This document shows, piece by piece, positions 1-10,900 of a DNA stretch of 64,000 nucleotides (the stretch's first letter is position 1; each line of letters begins with the position of its first letter). The position numbers and the translations under genes are program-made. The notes under the pieces were generated by a model, which saw nothing but the letters and a program-made list of their open reading frames with translations, did no database searches and was not told the DNA's origin. The stretch comes from Yuukianura sp. NJ FZ-2021 (taxonomy: Eukaryota), in the NCBI GenBank assembly GCA_046563655.1, contig CM102287.1, positions 8,308,001 to 8,372,000 of the forward strand. The letters run 5' to 3'.

Positions 1-3000
1 TATTACGACGATCTCCAATCCTTCACGAATCCAAGGAACCAGAAGACGTGCTGAAATGACAGTTGACAGATTCACAATTTCCGGTATCTGCATATGTAGC
101 TCAATTTTTTGTAGGGCAGACGATGATCTCTGTTGTTGACAAAACTTTTGTTCTTCTTCTTGTTCTATTCATCCACCTCACTTCACTTGAGGGCGTGCAG
201 TAAATTGAACTAATTTTTAATGTTGCTGGGAATGGAAGTGGAACGAAGCACGTCGTTTCTCGTAGTTGATTCAATTGTAGTTTCGTTTCCAAACATGCTC
301 ACTCGTGGGACTGCAGCAAACATTGATGTTATACTGGGACCAGTTGCTTTCTTCTTCAATTGAACGAGGAGTTTAAATCACTGTCTTGCATAGTTCACAC
401 ATGACGTTATACGACAGTACGTGAGTTAATTCTCTGCAACGAAGAGGCGTTCCTCGTAGGGCCTTTCATTTTTTCCAGCGGTCGTCAGCATCTCCGTCGC
501 CACTTGGTCTGGAAAGTACAGAAACTGAATCAGCACAATGTTATAACAAAAAGAACAGCGAAACTACTTAGTCAGAGAGGCGCAGCGACAGAAAGAGTTA
601 TGGGGAATGCAAGGAACCGATATAGTTCAACCCCTTCGACAGTTTCTCAGCTTCTGTTCCTAAATAGCACCAAGAATCGCTAGATTTAACACTTGGAGTC
701 TGCGCGGTGGAGGGGCTATACTGGAAAACGAGTCTGTTTACAGTCCATGGAACTGGATAAACAAAAATGAGCGATGATAAATCAACACGATCTACGAAAA
801 GGAAAGAAATTGGCTCCCACCGGAACTGACACTATCTGCCCTAAAACGAACTTCAGCTTTCTCGCGCACTGATTAATGGGGGTAATAACCATGGGTGTGG
901 TTATAAGAATGCCATCCCCAGGCCATAAATACAAATGGCATATGCTACTGAATGGTAACGCAAAAACCAATTTTGATAATTGAATTCTAACAGAACTGTT
1001 ACAGCTGAGTATCCCGAGATTACAAAAATTGAACAGTTAATACCAACAACGCAACGGCTGGAGTCGTACGGTTACGAATAAAAGTCCAATCTGTCATGTC
1101 AAGTCACACCAGAGGTTCGAGAACTACTGGATCGGCGGCAGATGACACAACACATAAGTAGTTTCCCGAGTTTTTAATAATCCTTGAAGATCCGTTCTAC
1201 GACCGGAAGTTCCATGTTTTCTTAAGAGTAAAATGTGAAAGTAACCTCTTAAACCACCCCGTATCTACTCGGTTAGCTTGGAAAATTGCATTTCCATGTC
1301 ATGCGAGTGAATCATAAATCACGCCCAGACTGTGTACATTTTACAGGGTGGAGTTCATATTCCTTGAACAATAATATATAAACCACCACCATCGTTCATT
1401 GTGTACCTTATGGAAGCTAAATGCACCGGTTGAAGTAACACTTACCAGATAGGTCAATCCTTGGGCTTGCATGTGACCAAAAACCGTCGTCACGGTCATC
1501 AGAGCATGAAGTTAATAATGAGCTTGTACTGCTCGAATGAAGTCATCTGCACAATTCACTTCCGGTAGACTGTGAGGGACTTGTCCTCGGGATGCTCGAA
1601 ATCAGGATGACACTTTATGTGAAGTAGGGGGTGACAGACAAGTATCCTGTCGTCTATCACTGCGTTCCGGTCTGGTGTATGGTGTTCCCGCGTAAGTAAT
1701 CGTGAAGCACAGAAACTATGAAACCAAAATCAGAGACAAAAATTATTTTTGTGAAGAGAGTAAGTGGATACACAACCTACCTCTTCCCAACGTCAATTGA
1801 CAACTGAAGTGGGTTTAGGAGCGGAGGGAAGGCAGCCAGAAGAAACATAATTACACAAAATCCCTTCTAGTCGTTCCCTCCGCTTGCATGCAAAGCCCAA
1901 GGCAAGGCAAACCAATCTACTACTATCATTTGTGCGTGTTGACGTAGTTGAGCGTTACCGTACCGTAAACCTTCCTTCGTTTCCAAAAATTGAGTTTTTC
2001 CAACACTAACAATTTTTTTCCACATCTTTATGTTAAATTCAATACGAAGTGGGCTTACCCTTGTAGTTTCCCGTTACCCGAATACGAACGGCCGCATCCC
2101 CTAGGTACATAATCAATAGATTGATGCCTACTCTGACGGCTTGATCCTCCTTAAACCCTGGCTCTCGTACTAGTAGTAGTCATCTAACCATAAGGTCACA
2201 ATTTCCACCAGGAACCGATTAATATAGAGCAGAATCGTAGTAGTTGAGGTGGAGATGGCAGGAACAATACCGACACCCTGCGATTAGAAAAAAAACGATT
2301 GGCTAAGTGGCTACCGCTACACAAACACCTGACTCTCGGTAACAAAACTGAATAATATGCACTAAGCACTAAGTACTTACAGGACATATTAAAATCAAAA
2401 TAGATGACCTCGACCAACATCAGTCGCATTAATTATTGTTCAATTACCCCTGTGCAAACGTATTGGTCGCTTTGCAGTGGTATTTCGTTTTAACTAATTT
2501 ACCATAGCGCATTGCAGTTGATGTTTACCTTACCAGTGCTTTATTAAATAAATGATATCGACATCACTCACCGTCACCCCCTCCACGAATCCAACTGTAG
2601 AGTACACTTGGAGGAAGGCAGGAGGAGGACAGGCCGGAGATTCTTGATTGATTACTCAGTTTAGTAGTGATCAAATGTCAATTATCAATTTAATTGATTG
2701 CAAATTACTTCCGGTTTCACAAACTACATCCCATGTATCTCCCATGTCTAGGAGATGGCCGAGATGGAGAAGAGACAGAGAAGTTGCTTTCACAAAAACA
2801 ACAAAAGAAAACAGATGAGAAGATCCACCTCACGCACGCGCTGTGATCACCCAAAAAAGCCAAAGCGAAAAATGAGGAAAAAAAGAGAGAAGGGACGCTT
2901 CCAAAGAAAGCGCGGGAAAGCAACCCGACGCCAAGTTTGAATTTGAATATGGACGCCCCACTCTTTGTTCGCTCACAACATTCATTATATTGATTTCTAT

Positions 3001-3450
3001 TTAATTCTTAGTATTTGTGGGTGTAAGTGTTGTTTTCATGAAAGTGTTTTTGAATAATTCACCTAATTTATGCATTATATTTTTTCATTCAACTCTATAA
3101 CAATAAATTAATCATAAATTCTTAGTATTTAATTATTACTATACTTAACCTCATAGTTTTATTTATTAAACAAATACTTAGGCCATTTGATAATTGAAAA
3201 CTGCTAGAAGATTCAACCAGGCAGGAAATGTCACTTCGGGGGAATGTTTGTAAGATGTGACAGTTTCTCCTATGACAGGCATGTGCTTGCCAGATGTAAG
3301 AGGAGAAGCTTTCTGTTTCAAATTTAAAAATCGTCGTCCTAAACGCGAAGATCTTGTTACACTTTTAGTAACAATTGAGCAATTACTATTTAACTTTAAT
3401 ATTGACTGACGTGAAAGAAGTTTGTTGTATAAATGCAAAACTTGAGGAGA

Positions 3451-4748
3451 TTAGTTGGGGTTGGCTGCAAAATAGTCGTTCACATTGACGTCCCTTGCAC
3501 CACCGAAATAATCACGGACCAGGATACTTCCAATGTCCAGCTTAGCAACGTACCATTTGTGGCCTTTCAAAATTCAAAATATTGTTCAAGGAGAAAGAAC
3601 CATTTTATATACCATTTTTAGAATTAAACAGTGTTCTTACTTTGTGGCCAGGTTTTCATTACAGGATGCTTGTAGAAGATAGCAGCTTTTCCAAACTTTT
3701 CTTCATCAGAATCCTTGGGAATCTAAAACATTTTGTTATGATTAGGTTAGGATTATTTGTGCTAGTTTGCTTTTTGACAAATAGTTTTGTGTCAGACTCC
3801 TACTTGAAAGCACTAATAAGACAAAATATTGTCAGAGCTAATTGGAGCGATTTTGTATTTTTATCGTAAATAAGTTTATGAAGGACTACCTTAACGATTC
3901 TGCCAGTGAAGGACACCATAGCACACCGCGGATCTTCTGGATCATACTTGTGGCTTTGGCAGTATTTCGTTTGAGCAAGACTCAACACAAGAGAGGCGTT
4001 TGAATTGACCTTCAAAAAACAATAATTCTCCTTAGAAAATGCAACAACTTGAAAAATGAAAATATTGCACTCACTTCTAGGTCAATTGCAGCAAGGTCCA
4101 ACGGGGTCATGTACAAGTACAAATTTCCTGTTGAATTTCGCCGTGTTCCATCACTCACTGACAAAATCGTTGTAAATGGTGATCCAGTTGTGGCTCCTCT
4201 ACTGGATATGGTTGCCAATGAAGTCCACACTTAAAAAAATTACGCAAAAGTTTATACAATGTCATATTTAAGGTTAACCAAAAATGTGACGGCTAAGCTA
4301 ACCCAGTTAAAAGCTTAATTTAACTTGATTTAGTTTGATTATTTTACTTACGAGCTCTTGATACAATGAATCTCGCCATTTTGGCTACTTGCTCATGCGG
4401 TGGCGGATCATCAGAGTCGATGTCATTGGATTGCGCCAATTTGAGCATGTTGATGTCTCCCGCGAACCCTGGAACGTATCCGATGCCTCCGAAGGTATCC
4501 AGTTCGGGTGAAGTCGGTTTCCCTCGACTTGCTCCGTCAGCGTTCGTTCCATCACGTAGGTTTCCATAACTTGATCGTGGATTCACCTCCACCTGAGGCG
4601 CTGATCGCGTTGGAAATTTCCACGCATAGCTTCCAAAGTTTGACAATGTTGCTGGTCTGAAGATCCTTTGACCCTGCGATGGATCAGAGGCGATGTACAG
4701 CCACAATAATACGAGTACCAGTCTAACCATACCTCCTCTAAACTTCAT
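3451..4748 (-). CDS. CREG1: CREG1-like secreted/lysosomal protein (split beta-barrel, PNPOx-like), 5 coding exons
   Basis: Exons 4352-4748, 4075-4229, 3890-4009, about 3641-3722 and about 3451-3562 splice in frame with GT-AG sites. The protein has a signal peptide (MKFRGGMVRLVLVLLWLYIAS), then PPPHEQVAKMARFIV, WTSLATIS, SVSDG...STGNLYLYMTPLD, DPEDPRC, HPVMKTWP, HKWYVAKLDI and DYFGG...DYFAANPN*, the motif series of the CREG family. Confidence 0.92.
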
Positions 4749-5973
4749 TGTTCTGAAAACAATAAATCACTCTCAAATAAAAGTCCCAAGTATTGCACCA
4801 AAATAGAAATGAAACTGTGCCGTTTGTTCTCTTCAGCTTTCTCGAATCCAACGCCAACTAGTTTGCCTTCCACTCTTGTCAAGTCTTTTATCTTCTACAA
4901 GTTCTCGACCTAAACGCTTTCTTAAAATTCTAAACCAACCCCAAATGCCATACTACGGAATTATTGCACAGAATAGCTTCTGAACACTCATAGGTCATAG
5001 GCCAGGCATTCGTCACAAGAGGTCATCAAATTCAACGGGGCAATAGGTCCGTTTAAATGGAACAGCTCACGTACATTTTAGTTTAAAAGTAAACGAATAG
5101 GAAAAACCAAAAAATGATGAGCGACAAAAAGAATACCAACGTTAACGTATAACTTGCGTCATAAGTAAGGTGTGTAGCTTTCCCACGTAACAATTGTGAG
5201 TGAGTGTGACCCCCCAATGTCGCAATCTCGAAATGCAGAATACAAACTTGAATATTTGCACGACACCTTAGAAGTGGACTAAATTTCAAGTCTGTTCCAA
5301 AAAAAATGTAGAAATTCTTGGAAGTGCGTTACCTATTGGAAGCTTTTACTGCTTGAGTTAACTCAAGGTGAGAGGGCAAATGGGGCTGGAAACTTACAAT
5401 TATTGGACTTATCATGGTGAAAATTGAACACATAGTCGAGAAAGCACATTTCGGAACAAAATCAGGAGACCTATTGTTTCTCCTCTCTTAAGCAATCATA
5501 TAAAAATTACGGTTCGGTTAACAATTGTTCTCAAACTTGTGAAAGTTGTCAACGAATCTTGTTCCATTGTGAATGTACTTCTATTTTTTGAGTATACTTC
5601 CAACTCCGTACAAAGTATGGTTAATTACTGATCCTACCTGTAAGCTTGATAGCTAAATACATTGAACAACATTATTAGTTGTTATGAAAAGACACGCTGG
5701 AAGGAATCCGTTCCTATTCTCCTGTGGTTATCCAGATTAACCTAAAATATCTGTTGACAAATTGCAGATTTATTATAAGAGAACACAAAACAAAGCGAGC
5801 CAAACTTGAAGATTTATAAGTCGAAATTTACTAAAACAATAAAAACATACATCATGCCTAAATACTAAATTGTCATTCCAGTGTGCTAACTAAAGGAATG
5901 TCAACTTCTAAAACTTTAATTCCTGAGTATCGTCACTAAAAGAGTGATGAGGCGCATGCAATAGGATAATGCT

Positions 5974-6770
5974 TCAGAGGCAACGAGAAATCATTTGAGG
6001 CTAGTAAAAATTGAAGCTTCAGCATTTTTGGCGAATACAAAACATGCTCAAACGGAATATTAAAAATGTAAACTTACCAAACGATCAAAATATCCCTCCG
6101 CTGCCCAGACTTCGAATTGAGTAGCCAGACGCTCCGCCACTACATTAAAAAGAAGTTAATTGGTAAGTCACAAAAATATGTGGAGTATTACGGATATAGG
6201 ATGCAATTGTAAAAATGCAAACGGATACGGGATGCAATTGTAAAAAGAATACAATAAATAGTAAAAAAAAATGCATCATACGTTCATGGTCATTCATGTC
6301 CAGTGAAAATTCACTTTTTCTGACTTGATGTCCGCTTGGATGTACCCGATTTTCCATTAAGTGAAATAGTTTATCCTTCTGAGTCACGCTGCGTCTCATT
6401 CTTTCACTTCGTTGAAAACCAATGGATGTCAGAATATTGCTGGTCGACAATTGAATCGTGAACAGCTCCATAGCTATTATAATAATTATTCCTCAATTAG
6501 CAACATAATTTAAGTAGGCTTAAGTGTAGAATTGTCCTCTACATGGGATTATTACTATGTCCAGATTGATTTATTCTTACCATCTTCCTCCAATGAATTG
6601 AAGAAACGAAGAGTCAAAGTCTTTGACAATGAGTCTTCGACGATTTTTGCAAACGCCCCATGAAGTTCCTTCTTGTATTTTTCACCATTCCGAACCTTTG
6701 TAATGATTGTAAAGTTTTCCAGTTTTAGAAGCCTGAAGTACTCCCACGTCTCAAAACTGTGAGGGTCCAT
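5974..6770 (-). CDS. Hypothetical protein, about 156 aa, 4 exons, no family recognised
   Basis: Exons 6581-6770, 6282-6473, 6078-6139 and 5974-6000 join in frame through three GT-AG introns of 107, 142 and 77 nt with matching phases (1,1,0). The ATG lies just after a likely acceptor (ctaatttag-c-ATG). The last exon is the least certain. Confidence 0.55.
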
Positions 6771-7908
6771 GCTAAATTAGACGGAGAAAGGCGTAACTTC
6801 CAAATTTTCAATCTAACTTTCTGCTAAAGGTAGCGGTATCACGAATTGGAAATGACGGACGGCAATTTCCAAAGTCTACTGATTTTCAGAAGAAAGATCT
6901 AAGGTAAAATGCTTCCACGTCACCGTAGCCTGTATTTTGAAGGTTAAAAATAATAGTTCAGGGGCTAGGAAAAGGTAACTGGCCGTAGGATAAGGAAACT
7001 TTTGAAATTCTATAATTTAAAACAATAGTTGAATACAATACTCCCCTTTATTAACAGTACATTTCTGTAGTAAGAGTTAAGACGTTTAGCACCATAAAGT
7101 TGCTTCTGGAACTCCGGTTTCAACTCACTTCCTTCTTAATTACAAATCTTTCCATTTAGATTGAAGTTCCCAGGTCACTCAAAGGTCAACCGAGACGAAC
7201 ATTCCCCAACATTTTATAAAAAAAATGAATTTCAATTTCCAATCAATCACGCTTATTTAGTTAGTAAAGAAATTTATGACTTCTCGCTACTAACTCAAAA
7301 AAGCTTACGTGCTATACAGTCTGAACAATAGTTTTTGAAACAAGATCAAACCAATGATGACCAAACTTCTATGATTTTCAAGTTATATGTTTCCAAAATA
7401 CTCTCGCCTTTGATACTTAATTGGTCAAAATCCCTTCACACTCAATTAACTCTCAAAACCTGAAAATCAAAATAATTCCACTCGTTAAGTCAAGAAAGTT
7501 GTATATGTTCTAACATAAAAGTTATCCTTTCTTAGCTAGCTGATCACTTCATCCTAATAGGAATTACACTTAACCTAGTAAACTTAAACCTGGAGTTTGT
7601 AAATTTATATAATGTCAATCTCATTTTAAGCCTAGGCCAGAAAATTAGAGAACCCTAACCCCCTTACAAAAGTTAAATGGAGAAAGTTAAATGAAAATGC
7701 TTTCTTCCCTTCCAGCAGAATCTTCGAGTAAATCAAAATCTGATTTTGACGTCGCTACAAGTGTGTCTCGCAGCAACTGGTGACATGTCACAAAGCATGG
7801 TTTTCAGACGTTGTGATTTTCCAACCCATGGTCACTTAAGGGTTACCTTATTTTAAAACAAAGCCAACCTTAACTCGTACACAAAACCTTACTTCGTGAG
7901 CGTTTTTC

Positions 7909-10900
7909 CTATGTAAACAAGTAGAATGGCCAGTATAAAAGATTGAATGCAGCAAAAGCCAAGGGAAAAGCAAATCTGCAGGTCTCATCAATTGTGCTTG
8001 CTCGAACAGGGAAATTGAATAGGGTTGTTTCCAAGGACAGTTCAGGGCCTAGGAGTGAATTTGGTCTCGATCCAGGCGGTGGTCCACTTCTTACAAATTT
8101 TGCTTCCAAATGATTGCTCGACGAGTCCTTCTCCCTCACCTTTGACCCACACAATTATTAAGCTCAACCTAACCTTATAAGCTTCAAAAATTAAAACTGT
8201 CATAATTTTGCGATAAACTTACCTGTACAACAGTATTTCCGATGCTTGGAGTATGATCATATCCCTCCACTTCCATTTGGTTCCTCGCTTCTGGATTGCG
8301 ACTTCCGCTTCTAGGTCTCCGGAAGCTCGGTCGATGATTTTCCTTTCTCCAAAGGTAATTGACAACAGTAAATTCCAGGAGAGCCAGGAAGACGAAGGCT
8401 ACACACGGTTAGACCATTTAGCCATTTCACGCTAGCCTAAGTAAATCAATTTTGTAACACCGTTTATCTTACCTGTGCAGGTTCCCATCCACACCTAGAG
8501 TAAAAAGACATGAGTGAGTAATAGACTCGTAATATTTTTAACAAGATCAACTTTTATGAGAGCAACTTACGTCTATTGCTTTGACCTAAAAAGATTGAAA
8601 AATTTTTTTTAGAAAAGATTTTCAGAATTTTTGAGGCACTGAATATTTTTTTAGTAGATTATGTTTTGTGAGGCCTTACGTAAGAAGACTGTGGAAGATT
8701 TTCCTGGATATCTGCAGAGTAAACTAAGCTTTATTCCTAAGCAACGGTTTCACTCTCTACTTTTTAACACGGCTGAGCCTAAGGACTCACTTGTTGACTT
8801 GTGTGACACTGTCAACAGCGTAGTGATCCCGAGCGTCACTCGTCCAGGAACAGAGTTCAGGTCCATCCAAAAACTTACCCAACTGATGAAAACCATAAGA
8901 ATTGTGGGTAAGTAGGATTGGACCAAGTGGAATCCAAGGGATCGTGATAGATGAAACGTCGCCACGATACAGCTGTAGTTACCTATAAAATTCAAAAAAA
9001 AAAAACATTTGAAAACTTACGACAATTAAAAAAAAAAACTTCAAAAGTTACAACTTATGCCCGTATACATAATGACGGTTCACCCGTAACCTACGGATCA
9101 GGATTTGGTGAGACCGATCCGGGGGTCAGGATCACACTAATCCGTGAACGGTATACATAATATAATCTTGAGCGGTGGATTTGTAAATCCGGTTCACTTG
9201 AACGTGATCATCGGATTACTCATTTTTACATGCCACATTTAAATACTTCAACAACAATGTATTATGTTGATTAAAAATGTGACAAGTTTAATGCTCCTTT
9301 TATTTTCAGGTGGCAAAGTTTTCAAACTTTCTATAACACAACACCATTTTTGTTGTGTTTTATTAAAGTAATTAACGAAATAGTTAATGATTCAATTAAT
9401 TTCTGAACAAAATAGGAAACTAATGGGACAAAATGCGGCCATGCTGTGCATATACTGCGCAAGTACTGCGCAAGCACTGCGCACTGCGCAAGCACTAGGC
9501 ACTGCGCAAGTACTGCGCAAGCACTGCGCACTGCGCAAGTACTGCGCACTGCGCAAGTACTGCGCACTGCGCAAGTACTGCGCACTGCGCAAGTACTGCG
9601 CAAGCACTGCGCACTGCGCAAGTACTGCGCAAGCACTGCGCACTGCGCAAGCACTGCGCAAGCACTGCGCAAGCACTGCGCAAGCACTGCGCAAGCACTG
9701 CGCAAGCACTGCGCACTGCGCAAGTACTGCGCAAGCACTGCGCAAGCACTGCGCAAGCACTGCGCACTGCGCAAGTACTGCGCAAGCACTGCGCACTGCG
9801 CAAGTACTGCGCAAGCACTGCGCACTGCGCAAGTACTGCGCAAGCACTGCGCACTGCGCAAGTACTGCGCACTGCGCAAGTACTGCGCACTGCGCACTGC
9901 GCACTGCGCAAGTACTGCGCAAGCACCCCGCACTGCGCAAGAAGTTGAAATTTATATAAAAACTTTAGTTCTATAAATTCTAAAAGTTTTTTCTGACATT
10001 TATAACGCAAACTCCTTAATAAAACTGAACGCTTAACTCGTGGGAAAAGAATATACTAAACAAAAATTAAAATAATTCCAGTTGAATCAAGTGGTGAACC
10101 TACCCCTATACCAGGGTCACGAATTTTGATCCCGATCATAGTGATCCGGTTTACTGTATTATGTATACGAATATAACCCTGAGCGAGGGATCAAACAAAT
10201 TTTTGATCCGAGGTTTACGTGAGCGGGTCACCGATGACCTCGAGACTCATTATGTATAGGGATCAGGGTGATCGGTTCAACTTTTCATGATCGGATCACC
10301 GTGATCCGGCATTATGTATACGAGCATTACAGCTATTATCTAACTCTTTCGAAAACTTTAGTTTACAATTCTAAGAGTAGAAAATTCTCGAAAAGTAGAG
10401 ATTTTCTTCATTGTTTTTGAGAATTTTGAATAAAAAGTGAAAAATTTTAAACAAAACGCTTAGCGTACCAAGCTGTCCAAAAGATTCCGCGGAACCGGGA
10501 CAATTTTGGGCATCGATTTTGTCTAATCCGAATTGGGACATTCCAAGGTCCAGTGCCACCGTGACCGGTTTTTCCAGCGACCACTCCAGAACCAATTCGT
10601 CCAAAGTTTTCGAAACTGAAACAATTGACAATCATGTTAATTAGTTAATTGCACCAATAAACTTAAGCAATAAAGAAACTCTAATCATTTGACTAAATTG
10701 TCCTCAAATTAGACAAAAATGGATTTTTAATGTCCCAAATCACCAAAGCAAAACACATTTTTTTTTAGGTTTCGTGCCTCCGGACAGTTTTAGGATTTGG
10801 AAAAACTTTCAACAACATAAACCAAGCGTTCCGAGTGCAAATTACACTCTGGCAATGCTTTTCTCCATTACAAATCCTCCACCCAAAACCTAAAAAGTAA

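Noticed and set aside
2717..2940. Lys/Arg-rich short ORFs on both strands
   Set aside because: Low-complexity purine-rich sequence with interrupting stops; no splice-consistent gene model or recognisable domain.
9454..9940. CRISPR-like appearance of the repeat array
   Set aside because: Units are contiguous 7/11-mers with no unique spacers, there are no cas genes, and the context is eukaryotic.
9331..10010. Five long overlapping ORFs (171-200 aa) with CAVLAQ/ALRKHC repeats
   Set aside because: They are translations of a stop-free minisatellite inside an intronic MITE, open on both strands; no evidence of coding.
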